A stretch of 63,918 nt of DNA, filler included, from Octopus bimaculoides (GCF_001194135.2; 5 parts of 5 records of this genome joined end to end with filler, not necessarily neighbours in it), one strand, 5' to 3'. Shown: positions 1-12,547, counted from the first letter of the whole stretch. Translations and numbers: made by a program. The notes: generated by a model from the sequence alone, not told the origin.

Positions 1-439
1 ATGATAACAAGGACTGAAAAAAAACGGAAAATGTTACACAAATACAAATAACAGGATATAACAACAGGTGTCTTTCGACTAAGGATGGATTAAATTAAGC
101 TGGCGTGTGTGGAAGTAAAGCCTTACGGCAGGGGTACAGGATTTCACAGGCACAGGGAGGAATATAGATGTTGCACGGACAGCGGCCGAACCAAGAGAGA
201 AAGGTTAGGCTTGGCCGAACAGCGGTCACGTGGGGAGAGAAGAGGGAGAAGTAGAGGCAGAGGGACAGAAGAAATAAGAAGGGGCGAGAAAAAATGACGG
301 ACACAGTGAAGTGAAAAGAGGAGGGAAGGTGAGCATGAAGAGAAGGCAAGGAAATGTGAGAGAGGGGGAACGAAAGAACGAAGTGTGGAATGAACGAAGT
401 AAGCGTGAAAGGGCTGATAGAAAAAAATGCATATATGGG

Positions 440-740
440 TACAGGACGTTACCAACAGTAAACAACATGAAGTACGAAAACAAATGACTTCAATACGCAA
501 ACAAAGAGAAAAACAAATGGAAAGCAGGAAAGTAGCACAAAGAACGACCCTTCATCAGTTGTCGGCTGTCTATCTACTCCTCATTTCGAGCATTGAATGA
601 CAATATGAGTCTTCAAAGACAGTTGCACCCATAAATACCAAAATAAAATTTTGGATTTATGGAGGGTCAAAGTTGGGAACAAAAACAGGACAGTGGAGAC
701 ATAAAAGGAAACCGAACGAAAACAAATATGGAGGGTCGTT
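440..740. mobile_element. Unclassified dispersed repeat remnant, possibly Penelope-like; distant homologue of 36488-36730
   Basis: Colinear shared blocks with 36488-36730 (ACAGGAC, CCTTCATCAG, CATTTCG, GGAGG, AAAACARGACAG); no ORF support; class assignment is a guess. Confidence 0.35.
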
Positions 741-2454
741 AGAATAGAACGAGGGTAAAATAGCGAATTCTGGAGAAATATTTTCTTTGAAAAGAGAAAA
801 GATAGAAGAGAGAGATAGATTACGTCCAGTTTTAAGGACAATCCTGAAGGAAAAGAAAGATGATCACGTGATACGTAAAGGTTAGATCCAAGGACCCAGG
901 TGTAGGAAGCTTCGAGCAGTCCGTAAAAGGTGTAAAAAAAAAAACCACTTTCAGGAATAATAGTGGTTTATTGGCGCAGAAGGTTGTAAATTTTTCCTAT
1001 ACCGAAGTTCGATAAGCTGAAAAAAGTTATTTTATAGTTCACGGTTAGTAACTGGGGTTGCTGTATATGCGGATACAAATTCAAATTTAGGGAATGGAGC
1101 AGATAAAATTCAGACTACATATGTTTCCTAGCTACCAGAACCTCGAAAGTAGTAATTACTCAATGAGGAGGGGGTAGTATTCCACTAGCTACTAACCAGG
1201 CTGAAGATACCTTAGTTAAATGAATGTTACATTGTCGTCAAGGGATCTCAAGTTAACTCGCAGATTTGATCGAAAATGAGTGGAAAGCACAGAGTGAAAG
1301 AACAAATGAAGAAAAGCATATGTGTGAAGAAATTAATATATAGAAGTGGGCGAATATCTAAAGTTGTTAAGAAAAAGAATAAGAATAAAAAAGGAGACGA
1401 GGAAGAGTAGGGAAAAATATATATACATACATACATATACATATATATGCGTAGTGCTTCCTTAATTTTTTCGTTCGTTCATCCATACCTGGACCACCAC
1501 CACCACCACCACCATCTTTGTAACATCTAATTTTTTCCCATCGATATTTCTCAATGAAATTCAATTAATATTAGTTTCTCACAAACTAACAAATTCATTA
1601 AGCATGAATTCTTCAGTGAAATCTCTTGCTTGCTCATCATTTTAAAAATTTCCTTCAATTCACAAACCCTGAGTGAAAGGGACTTTCATGTAAAAGAATG
1701 CTTAAGAGCAATATTAAAAGTATTCCACAGGAAAGTGAGAATTCTTATTTATGAGGATCTGTTCTGAAAATTGTAAGGGAATATTAATGAAATTGAAAAG
1801 ATAGAATTATGTATAGCTTGAATTTGAATAGAACTGTTATGTAATGCAAATGAATTCATGGACATATATGTATGAAATCGTCTATCGTATATTTAATGTA
1901 TATTTTACCTATCAGAAACTCAAGCCTGTAAACAGCCGCTTGTTCTGTTGCAGATGTAATAGATGCTTCTTGTATCTTTTGTTGCTGTGTGGTCGGGCTG
2001 GACCATTTATAGAAAGACACCTTAGATTTAAAGACGCTACATAATGGAGAATAAGTTCAAAAGAAATAGATGTTAATGGAGCCTCACTGAAACAGACATA
2101 AAATGAAAGGTGATATTAATTTATTAGGGGTCTGTTTTGAAAATGAAAGAAAATTTTAATAAAACTGAAAATGAAGTTATTTCGAATGGAATTAACTGAA
2201 AAAGAAATAGCTAATCGAAATATCAAAAGAATTTAGACATGCGTGAGACATTAGAACAATATATTTAGAAAGACTGATGAATAAAGAAATGGGATACATT
2301 GATAATAGATATAGACAAAGAGGTAGAGATGAAGAAAGAAGACGGTGTGTTTGAAGAATAACCTTATTTAATATTTCGGAGTAAAAATGACATTAGTCCG
2401 CTCTTGTACAAGCTATGTAAAAAAAGAAGGAAGTTCAGATAGACAATAATTCTA

Positions 2455-2489
<35 letters not shown>

Positions 2490-2577
2490 TGTGTGTGTGT
2501 GCATGTATGTATGTATGTATGTATGTATGTGCATATATATATATGTATGTGTGTGTGTATATATTTATATATATATA
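2455..2577. repeat. Compound (TG)n/(TATG)n/(TA)n microsatellite running into an N gap
   Basis: Directly visible. Confidence 0.95.
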
Positions 2578-3469
2578 NNNNNNNNNNNNNNNNNNNNNNN
2601 NNNNNNNNNNNNNNNNNNNNNNNNNNNNNNNNNNNNNNNNNNNNNNNNNNNNNNNNNNNNNNNNNNNNNNNNNNNNNNNNNNNNNNNNNNNNNNNNNNNN
2701 NNNNNNNNNNNNNNNNNNNNNNNNNNNNNNNNNNNNNNNNNNNNNNNNNNNNNNNNNNNNNNNNNNNNNNNNNNNNNNNNNNNNNNNNNNNNNNNNNNNN
2801 NNNNNNNNNNNNNNNNNNNNNNNNNNNNNNNNNNNNNNNNNNNNNNNNNNNNNNNNNNNNNNNNNNNNNNNNNNNNNNNNNNNNNNNNNNNNNNNNNNNN
2901 NNNNNNNNNNNNNNNNNNNNNNNNNNNNNNNNNNNNNNNNNNNNNNNNNNNNNNNNNNNNNNNNNNNNNNNNNNNNNNNNNNNNNNNNNNNNNNNNNNNN
3001 NNNNNNNNNNNNNNNNNNNNNNNNNNNNNNNNNNNNNNNNNNNNNNNNNNNNNNNNNNNNNNNNNNNNNNNNNNNNNNNNNNNNNNNNNNNNNNNNNNNN
3101 NNNNNNNNNNNNNNNNNNNNNNNNNNNNNNNNNNNNNNNNNNNNNNNNNNNNNNNNNNNNNNNNNNNNNNNNNNNNNNNNNNNNNNNNNNNNNNNNNNNN
3201 NNNNNNNNNNNNNNNNNNNNNNNNNNNNNNNNNNNNNNNNNNNNNNNNNNNNNNNNNNNNNNNNNNNNNNNNNNNNNNNNNNNNNNNNNNNNNNNNNNNN
3301 NNNNNNNNNNNNNNNNNNNNNNNNNNNNNNNNNNNNNNNNNNNNNNNNNNNNNNNNNNNNNNNNNNNNNNNNNNNNNNNNNNNNNNNNNNNNNNNNNNNN
3401 NNNNNNNNNNNNNNNNNNNNNNNNNNNNNNNNNNNNNNNNNNNNNNNNNNNNNNNNNNNNNNNNNNNNN

Positions 3470-3515
<46 letters not shown>

Positions 3516-3520
3516 ATATA

Positions 3521-4670
3521 TATATACTACATATTTGGAAAATCGGTGTGTGTTTGTGTCGTTGTTAGCTAACTCCTCCTACATCGTTATATTGATTTTG
3601 ATGAACCTTGATACTTGAGTACAACTCATGTCTGGAAACCTCGTGACATACTTAGATTGCTGAAAAATCGATAATACTGCCCTTGGAAGGGACCTTTATA
3701 TCTACCTCATATAGCTAATTTTTTTAAACACCCAAGGGAAATAACCCATAGCACCTGTGCAATATTTTTTTAAACACTCAATTTCATTGTTTATGTTCGA
3801 TTACTTTGAATATTGATTTTTTGTGTGTCCTATTTATAATTTTTGCAGACAATGTCACTTTTATACTTTATTTGACACGTGATTAGAACTCATGTCTGGA
3901 AATATCGTGACATACTTAGATTGTTGAAAAAGTCGATAATAGGGCCCTTCCAATGGATCCTTCTATCTACTATATATTACTAATATTGTATTTAAACAAC
4001 CCAAGGGAAATAAGCCATACCACCTGCAGATTTTAGCGAAGCGATCAATATTTGATTCTCACGATCAGCCGACCTATTTCTGCATTTCACTACTCACAGT
4101 TTTGAACTGCTAAACATTATTATTGCACTTCCTTAAAGACTTCATTCATACATTTCTATACATACATACTTTTTTAAATGCCAATTACTCCGATAATTCT
4201 GCATTTTTACAGTTACACTTTTTCCGTGAGAGTAGATAATTTTTTTAATCCACAACGTATTTGTAGCGGCTTCATGCAGGCATAGCGTAGATTCGATCCT
4301 TGATTGCCAAATTTCACTTAACACTTCAGCAACGCTTTTCTCACGGTAAAACAATAGTTTTCAGTGAATGACAGCAGATACACATTTCCCAGATGCCTTC
4401 GCTAAGCAGAATAATGTCTTTGCCTCTCGCCAACCTCCGACATCCTCTCTCACAAACCTCCGACAATCTTTCTTGCCAACCTCCGAAAACCTCTCTCGCC
4501 AACTTCCAACAATCTCTCCCTCCTCCAGCTGACAGTTTTTTTTATACCTTTACGTGACGGAAAATACACCTTTTGTGGCATTTATGACGGAATTGCTTTC
4601 TTATATCAGAGTAATTAGGCGTTTCAATAGAACATCTTTACCCCCAGAAATTACCGGATACACCAGCTAG
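3521..4670 (+). mobile_element. Non-autonomous Helitron-like element, family H1
   Basis: Ends CACCAGCTAG|T after a degenerate subterminal hairpin; second copy at 46258-47007 ends identically; internal ~264-bp tandem duplication (3624-3790 vs 3887-4030); no TSD or TIR seen. Confidence 0.7.
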
Positions 4671-4751
4671 TATACTACATATGTGGGAAATTCTGTCTGT
4701 GGGTGTGTTTGTGGAGTTGTTAGCTAACTCCTCCTACATCGTTATATCGAT
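4671..4751 (+). mobile_element. Start of a second H1 copy, head-to-tail with the first, truncated by an N gap
   Basis: TATACTACATAT...GTTGTTAGCTAACTCCTCCTACATCGTTATAT repeats 3523-3590 immediately after the CTAG terminus. Confidence 0.75.
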
Positions 4752-5454
4752 NNNNNNNNNNNNNNNNNNNNNNNNNNNNNNNNNNNNNNNNNNNNNNNNN
4801 NNNNNNNNNNNNNNNNNNNNNNNNNNNNNNNNNNNNNNNNNNNNNNNNNNNNNNNNNNNNNNNNNNNNNNNNNNNNNNNNNNNNNNNNNNNNNNNNNNNN
4901 NNNNNNNNNNNNNNNNNNNNNNNNNNNNNNNNNNNNNNNNNNNNNNNNNNNNNNNNNNNNNNNNNNNNNNNNNNNNNNNNNNNNNNNNNNNNNNNNNNNN
5001 NNNNNNNNNNNNNNNNNNNNNNNNNNNNNNNNNNNNNNNNNNNNNNNNNNNNNNNNNNNNNNNNNNNNNNNNNNNNNNNNNNNNNNNNNNNNNNNNNNNN
5101 NNNNNNNNNNNNNNNNNNNNNNNNNNNNNNNNNNNNNNNNNNNNNNNNNNNNNNNNNNNNNNNNNNNNNNNNNNNNNNNNNNNNNNNNNNNNNNNNNNNN
5201 NNNNNNNNNNNNNNNNNNNNNNNNNNNNNNNNNNNNNNNNNNNNNNNNNNNNNNNNNNNNNNNNNNNNNNNNNNNNNNNNNNNNNNNNNNNNNNNNNNNN
5301 NNNNNNNNNNNNNNNNNNNNNNNNNNNNNNNNNNNNNNNNNNNNNNNNNNNNNNNNNNNNNNNNNNNNNNNNNNNNNNNNNNNNNNNNNNNNNNNNNNNN
5401 NNNNNNNNNNNNNNNNNNNNNNNNNNNNNNNNNNNNTATATATATATATATATA

Positions 5455-5491
<37 letters not shown>

Positions 5492-5529
5492 GTGTGTTTG
5501 TGCACACACACACACACATACACATTACT

Positions 5530-6020
5530 GGTTCTCGCATATAATCTGGTTAAGATGTTGCCGCCCGTTTCACGCCGAATATTGTTCCTGAAAAATTGCA
5601 GAAAAATGTTACTAAGGTTTAAAGTTTAATCAATTTTACTTAATCAGAAAACAGGATTTAGAAGTTGGCATTTTTTGCATGGTAGCTGTCTATCACAAAA
5701 TGAAAGCAAAATCATTACGAGAAGGAATTTTTATTAAACAAACGAAAGCAAAGCATTAAGACGACCAAAGTTGTAAGAACTTCTGAAGATTTAATAAATT
5801 TTAATGAATAAACTCATGAGAAACGGTCGAACAGACATGTAAATAATTTAAAAAGAAAAAAAAACCCTCAACGAAGTTTTTTGCTAAAAATTGCACAAAT
5901 CTGTCCTGATCAAGAGGCCTATCTGTCGGGGAAGGCATGGTCTGACATGGAATAAACAAAAATTTATGTAAGACATTCTAGTGTAAAAATTGCCCGGGCA
6001 ACGACGGGCTATTCAGCTAG
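5530..6020 (+). mobile_element. Non-autonomous Helitron-like element, family H2
   Basis: GCCCG(5992-5996)/CGGGC(6005-6009) hairpin followed by TATTCAGCTAG|T, the canonical Helitron 3' end; internal part repeated at 7280-7470; 5' end uncertain. Confidence 0.7.
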
Positions 6021-6049
6021 TGTATACATACACACACATACTGTCTTTG

Positions 6050-6200
6050 TGTCTGTATTTGTGTCTCATCACCGTCTAACAACCGGTATTGGTGCGTTCA
6101 TGTCCCCGTAACCTAGTGGTTCAGTAAAAGAGGCCGATTGAACAAGTACCAGGCTTAAAAAAATAAATACTGGTGTCGAGTCGTTCGACTAAAATTGTTC
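6050..6200 (+). mobile_element. SINE family A, diverged 3' half
   Basis: Matches the 3' half of the copies at 7798 and 29604. Confidence 0.75.
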
Positions 6201-6342
6201 AGCATGATACACACATACGTATTTATACACATACATATTATATATATATAATATATATAATACACACACACGCGCGCACACACACACACATATACATATA
6301 TATATGTATGTATGCATGTATGTTTGTATATATATATACATA

Positions 6343-6381
<39 letters not shown>

Positions 6382-6382
6382 G

Positions 6383-6420
<38 letters not shown>

Positions 6421-7020
6421 NNNNNNNNNNNNNNNNNNNNNNNNNNNNNNNNNNNNNNNNNNNNNNNNNNNNNNNNNNNNNNNNNNNNNNNNNNNNNNNN
6501 NNNNNNNNNNNNNNNNNNNNNNNNNNNNNNNNNNNNNNNNNNNNNNNNNNNNNNNNNNNNNNNNNNNNNNNNNNNNNNNNNNNNNNNNNNNNNNNNNNNN
6601 NNNNNNNNNNNNNNNNNNNNNNNNNNNNNNNNNNNNNNNNNNNNNNNNNNNNNNNNNNNNNNNNNNNNNNNNNNNNNNNNNNNNNNNNNNNNNNNNNNNN
6701 NNNNNNNNNNNNNNNNNNNNNNNNNNNNNNNNNNNNNNNNNNNNNNNNNNNNNNNNNNNNNNNNNNNNNNNNNNNNNNNNNNNNNNNNNNNNNNNNNNNN
6801 NNNNNNNNNNNNNNNNNNNNNNNNNNNNNNNNNNNNNNNNNNNNNNNNNNNNNNNNNNNNNNNNNNNNNNNNNNNNNNNNNNNNNNNNNNNNNNNNNNNN
6901 NNNNNNNNNNNNNNNNNNNNNNNNNNNNNNNNNNNNNNNNNNNNNNNNNNNNNNNNNNNNNNNNNNNNNNNNNNNNNNNNNNNNNNNNNNNNNNNNNNNN
7001 NNNNNNNNNNNNNNNNNNNA

Positions 7021-7622
7021 ATTTTTATTAAACAAACGAAAGCAAAGCATTGCGACGACCAAAGATGTAATGAAATGAAATGAAATTAAATTAATTTAAA
7101 ATTTTCATATTGAAACTGGTTGATATAGTATTTCATCAGGGGAGAATTTCCAGAAAGGAGATACATTCCAACACGTTGGAATGTAACTCCTTTCTGGAAG
7201 TTCTTCCCTGATGAAATACATATTAACCAGTTTCAATATGAAAATTTTAAATTAATTTGATTTAATTTAATTTAATTTATTCCTGAAAAATTGCAAAAAA
7301 ATGTTACTGAGTTTTAAAGTTTATTCAATTTTACCTAATCAGAGAACAGGATTTAGAAGCTATCATTTTTTGCATGATAGCTGTCTATCACAGAAGGAAA
7401 GCAAAATCATTACGAGGAGGAATTTTTATTAAACAAACGAAAGCAAAGCATTGCGACGACCAAAGATGTAATGAAATGAAATGAAATTAAATTAATTTAA
7501 AATTTTCATATTGAAACTGGTTGATATAGTATTTCATCAGGGGAGAATTTCCAGAATGGAGTTACATTCCAACACGTTTGAATGTAACTCCTTTCTGGAA
7601 ATTTAATTTGATTTAATCTAAT
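7021..7622. repeat. ~405-bp tandem unit made of an H2 internal segment plus a fold-back palindrome
   Basis: ATTTTTATTAAACAAACGAAAGCAAAGCATTGCGACGACC at 7021 and again near 7423; palindrome 7080-7267 repeated with a deleted right arm at 7485-7622. Confidence 0.9.
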
Positions 7623-7797
7623 TTCTCTAATTGAATAATTGGACATGGAAACGGCTGTAGGGATAAGAATTTCATATATTGGTTTGAATATCTTTGAAGA
7701 AGCTGATGTCTATATGTCAGTTTCTCCATTTTCTTCTTTTTCTCACACACATACACACGCGCGCGCGCACACACACATGTGTATATCTATCTACATA

Positions 7798-8156
7798 CAG
7801 GAGTGGCTGTTTGGTAACTAACTTCCTTACCAAAAAAAGGTTCCGGGTTCAGTCCCACTGCGTGGAACCTTGGGCAAATGTTTTCTACTATAGCTTTGGG
7901 TCGACCAAAGCCTTGTGAGTGGATTTGGTAGACGGAAACTGAAAGAAGCACGTCGTGTGTTTGTTCCCCCAACATCGCTCGACAACCGATGCTGGTGTGT
8001 TTACGTCCCCGTAACTTAGCGGTTCGGTAAAACAGATCGATAGAATAAGTACTAGGCTTACAAAAAATAAGTCCTGGGATCGATTTGCTCGATTAAAGGC
8101 GGTGCTCCAACATAGCGGCAGTCAAATGACTGAAACAAATAAAAGAATAAATAAAA
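7798..8156 (+). mobile_element. SINE family A (tRNA-like head, CORE-like CCTTGGGCAA block), near full length
   Basis: A box TGGCTGTTTGGT, B box GGTTCAGTCCC, tail GCAGTCAAATGACTGAAACAA; many copies in the window. Confidence 0.9.
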
Positions 8157-8194
8157 GTATATATATATATATCATCATGTAACCTCGTGGGCAT

Positions 8195-8376
8195 CGGTAC
8201 CATTTTCCTCTTTCTCCGTTCTTCCATTCTCCGAACTTTCCATCTTTCCGACGAAGGGCTACGCCCGAAACGTCATACACTCTCTCTTTCCTTTCCTGAG
8301 CGTCCAATAATACTATCCATATCACGTCCTCACTTTGTTGTTTTTTTGTTTTTTTGTTATTGTGTTTTTGAACTAT
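8195..8376 (+). mobile_element. Penelope-like terminal-repeat remnant, family P1, with a degenerate hammerhead motif
   Basis: Homologous to 36930-37160 (shared CTTTCCTTTCCTGAGCGTCCAATA); contains CCGACGA-A-GGGC-TAC-GCCC-GAAA-CG-TC. Confidence 0.6.
8243..8278 (+). ncRNA. Degenerate minimal type-I hammerhead ribozyme motif (U4C, weak stem I)
   Basis: Core CCGACGA 8248-8254, stem II GGGC/GCCC, GAAA 8267-8270, GTC triplet. Confidence 0.45.
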
Positions 8377-9139
8377 ANNNNNNNNNNNNNNNNNNNNNNN
8401 NNNNNNNNNNNNNNNNNNNNNNNNNNNNNNNNNNNNNNNNNNNNNNNNNNNNNNNNNNNNNNNNNNNNNNNNNNNNNNNNNNNNNNNNNNNNNNNNNNNN
8501 NNNNNNNNNNNNNNNNNNNNNNNNNNNNNNNNNNNNNNNNNNNNNNNNNNNNNNNNNNNNNNNNNNNNNNNNNNNNNNNNNNNNNNNNNNNNNNNNNNNN
8601 NNNNNNNNNNNNNNNNNNNNNNNNNNNNNNNNNNNNNNNNNNNNNNNNNNNNNNNNNNNNNNNNNNNNNNNNNNNNNNNNNNNNNNNNNNNNNNNNNNNN
8701 NNNNNNNNNNNNNNNNNNNNNNNNNNNNNNNNNNNNNNNNNNNNNNNNNNNNNNNNNNNNNNNNNNNNNNNNNNNNNNNNNNNNNNNNNNNNNNNNNNNN
8801 NNNNNNNNNNNNNNNNNNNNNNNNNNNNNNNNNNNNNNNNNNNNNNNNNNNNNNNNNNNNNNNNNNNNNNNNNNNNNNNNNNNNNNNNNNNNNNNNNNNN
8901 NNNNNNNNNNNNNNNNNNNNNNNNNNNNNNNNNNNNNNNNNNNNNNNNNNNNNNNNNNNNNNNNNNNNNNNNNNNNNNNNNNNNNNNNNNNNNNNNNNNN
9001 NNNNNNNNNNNNNNNNNNNNNNNNNNNNNNNNNNNNNNNNNNNNNNNNNNNNNNAAATAATGACTGAAACAAGTAAAAGAATAAAGGAATAAAAGAATAC
9101 ATATATAAATACATATATGCCAATCTTTTGGTAAAAGTC

Positions 9140-9236
9140 TATGACGTCATGAATGAGTGTGTGACATGGTATTTTATCTGCTCGACGGGGCTGAACAGTC
9201 AAACACACTCGCATTCATCCACAACTGACGTCATAT
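9140..9236. repeat. Imperfect ~95-bp inverted repeat whose two ends are TGACGTCA palindromes
   Basis: TGAATGAGTGTGTGAC pairs with GTCAAACACACTCGCATTCA; TGACGTCA at 9142-9149 and 9226-9233. Confidence 0.7.
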
Positions 9237-9294
9237 ACAAATACCGAAGCATTGCCATATATAAATGTATATACCTATATCTATATATTTACAG

Positions 9295-9358
<64 letters not shown>

Positions 9359-9737
9359 TTCTGTCTCTGTGTCTGTCTTTCTCCTCCCTCTCTCTGTATA
9401 AAAAATCCAAAAAAAATCAACGAGGCCCATAAAACGTACATATCAACGATGAAGCCTCTGAATAATCGTTCGACTTGTTAGAAATAACAGCCAAATCTTT
9501 GTAAGAAAAAAACAAAATAAAAACATGAACCAAAAAGACCAGAACGACACATTAGATAATCTAGATAACCTCCACCCTTTCTATAAAAGAAAAAAAAAGA
9601 TTAAGACGGAGTAACATCTAGAATTCGTTTGATCATAGGTTTACTCGATCAGTAGTGTCCTGTGGCTAAACAACAACAACAAGGCGTAAACAACGCCATA
9701 TACTTCAGCATACCCAGAATGCTTTGCAAAAGTTGTT

Positions 9738-9745
9738 TGACGTCA
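9738..9745. promoter_or_regulatory. Full CRE (CREB/ATF) palindrome TGACGTCA, the third within ~600 bp
   Basis: Exact consensus match; function unproven. Confidence 0.3.
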
Positions 9746-9977
9746 CAACACGAAGGTTGTGTCAGATTACGATCGGCAGTTTCCTCCGAATACTTCCTTG
9801 TTTGTTTTTCTTTATTTATCTATCACCACCACCACCACCACCAGCTCGACCACCATCAAAACCTCTACCACTAACACAAACGTTAACAATAAAACAACAA
9901 AAAACTCCATCATCACCACCACCACCAATACGCCAGCAGTAGCACTGTTATGAACAACCACAGCAACCGACGCTGCT

Positions 9978-10140
9978 ACCACCACCACCACCACCACATT
10001 TACTACTACTACTACCACTACTACTACTACCACCACTACTACTACTACCACCACCACCACCACCACTACTACCACCACCACCACTACTACCACCACCACC
10101 ACTACTACCACCACCACCACTACTACTACTACTACTACCG
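9978..10140. repeat. (CAC)n/(TAC)n trinucleotide repeat
   Basis: Directly visible; explains the poly-V/H/Y ORFs. Confidence 0.95.
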
Positions 10141-11207
10141 TCCACGACCTCCCCTTCGTCGTCGTTATTGTCATCGTCATCATGATCATATCATCGCCAT
10201 CCGCTTTACCTTTGTTGTTCTTCTTTCGTTCTTTCTTTCTCCTGCTTCTTCCTACATTTATCTACCAGTTTTACACACACACACACACACACACATTTGT
10301 TTTAACTTCACCTCACCTGTCAGTTGTATTATTCAGATGTGTTATAGATTACCCTCAGCAAAGCCATCACCGTCATCTTATCGTCCGCTACTCTAATTTA
10401 ATTTTCTCTCTTATATTCCTATATACGTTTCGTCTTGCTTGTTATATTTGAATTTAAAATTTTAGCTTTTTAGCCTTTTTAAAAAAAATTATGTTTGAAA
10501 AGTAACAAAAGTAATGTGAAATAATTGTTGAACAAAAATTAAATTTAATGATATACAATCTCAGTAATGATAGCGAACTTTTAAATTTGCAAATTCTAGT
10601 GTTTCTGCATACATGTATATGTTTGTGTGTGTAAGGAAGTGTGTATGTGTGTATATATGTGTGTGTATACATGTTTGCGTTAATGTGTGTCTGTATATGT
10701 ATGTATGTATGTATATGCGTGTGTGTATATATATATTCGTATGTATGTGTGTATATACATGTGTGTGTATTTGTATATATATGTGTGTGTGTGAGAAAGA
10801 GAGAGAAAGAAAGGTTTTTGAAAAAAACTATTTTTCAAAGTCCCATACCTCATGGAAAAGGAAAAGGGTAGGTTTCCCCCATTTTGGGAAATATTCCTTT
10901 GTTTTATACAACAAAATTAAGATATTGACAAATTTTTTTGCCCCAATAAATCCCGCCCCCCCCCCACTGTATTCTTGCCTATCCATTTCTGTACCTCTTT
11001 TTCCTTTTCCATTAAGTATAGAACTTTATGGGACTTCGAGGAATAGCTATTCCCAACACTCTATCCATAAATAGTTCCGAATTGGGAGCCCCGTGCCTCA
11101 TGGCAAAAGGAAAGGATAGCTTTTCCTTAAGTTTGATCTCTTTAAATTCAATTTTGTATTTCCGTGCTTCTTAAAACGGATATTACAATTCCATCGCGCG
11201 TTTTTAT

Positions 11208-11738
11208 ATTGGGTTGTTAAATAAATCCGTTTTTTCCCCTGTTTATTTTTATTCATACCCATCGAGTAAACGTACAAGACGGCAGTATCATGAGAGCATC
11301 CCATCTGCTGGGCCAGTTCCCTTGTGGATTGGCACGGGTTTTCATTGTACTGAGCAGGTCGGCCGGAACGCAAAGTCTGTGAGATCGAATTTCCCCTCCT
11401 TGAAGAGTGAAAACCACTTCTGTGCAGTTCTTTCAGTAATACCACACTCTCCACACACAACACAAATGTCTCGAACAACTTTGGCAGTTTTGGAACAGTT
11501 ATTGAAAACGAAGAGATGCAGGTGTCGAAAATGCTCGTTGTTTTATACTTGTCTCTCTCTCTTGTTACATCGTCATATGCCTGAACAGAGGTAAAAATTT
11601 ATCCAAATTTCAAAAACGATAAACAAAAGTTGTAGAAGAAGAATAGAGATACAAATAAATAAAACATTACGATCAAAATGTTTTTCGTGTAAATTAACAG
11701 TGAAAAGAAACGAACGAATTAAGCTGTCAACTCGTTAT
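11208..11738 (-). mobile_element. Internally deleted mariner-type element with a frameshifted N-terminal HTH transposase remnant
   Basis: Minus-strand translations TERTAQKWFSLFKEGKFDLTD, RSGRP and ENPCQSTRELAQQMGCSH match mariner transposase N-termini; TIR-like TA|TTGGGTTGTTAAATAA near 11208. Confidence 0.8.
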
Positions 11739-12132
11739 ATGAAATGAAATTAAATGAAAACGTCCTGTACCGATAAAATCGAGTTGAAGAGATACTAAAA
11801 AGGTTTTGTATTCATTTAGAAGGCCTGTCAGCCTGATTGAATCTTTCTCTCTCATGTCACAGTATCAACTTAAAATTCGAGAGTAGAAATATAACTGCTG
11901 TGAGTGAGTTAATAGGGAATCGAACTTGCTATGTTGGGATCGCTGGGAGAATTACTACAAATTCTGCGCCGCTTGTATCACTTCCAATATATTAATCCAT
12001 GCGGTAATGGATGGGTAATTTTGGAAGTATACTTTTTGCCGCCATGAATAATACCAGGAAATATGTCATACATAAAATAATTATGATTTAACTTTTATCA
12101 CATTTTTTGGTGCTTATACAAAATAATGAAAT

Positions 12133-12360
12133 CTTTTATCGTTTACTTGTTTCAGGCATTTGACTGTGGCCATACTGGAGCACCGCCTTGAATTTTAGTC
12201 GAACTAGTCGACCCTAGTGCTTCTTTTTAAGCCTGGTACTTATTCTATTAGTTTCTATTCCCGAATCGCTAAGTTACAGGGATGTAAATACACCAACACC
12301 GGGCTGCTAAGCGGTGGTGGTGGGACAAACACAGACACGAAGACGCTCGCGTGCGTGTAT

Positions 12361-12396
<36 letters not shown>

Positions 12397-12547
12397 CGGG
12401 CTTCTTTCAGTTTCCGTTTGCCAAATCCACTCACAAGGCTTTGGTCGGTCCGAGGCTATAGTAGAAGACACTTGCTCAAGGTGCCATGCACCTCCCCAAC
12501 CGCGTGGTTGGGAAGCAAACTTTTTACCACACAGCCACGTCTGCGCC
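12133..12547 (-). mobile_element. SINE family A, full length
   Basis: Reverse complement of family A with internal (CA)n. Confidence 0.9.

Noticed and set aside
1141-1211. GAAA-GTAGTAATTAC-TC ... CTGAAGA as a type-II hammerhead
   Set aside because: Stem III forms but stems I and II do not.
1540-1622. Minus-strand CTGAAGA followed by a hairpin and a later GAAA
   Set aside because: 14 extra nt before GAAA and no valid UH triplet in register with stem I.
1948-2109. Exon-like segment with a TTGTTCTGTTGCAG acceptor and AAAG|GTGATA donor
   Set aside because: Stops in all three frames; at most a non-coding exon, unsupported.
7208-7250. CTGATGA in the 7.1-kb palindrome as a hammerhead
   Set aside because: No convincing stem I or stem II in either permutation.
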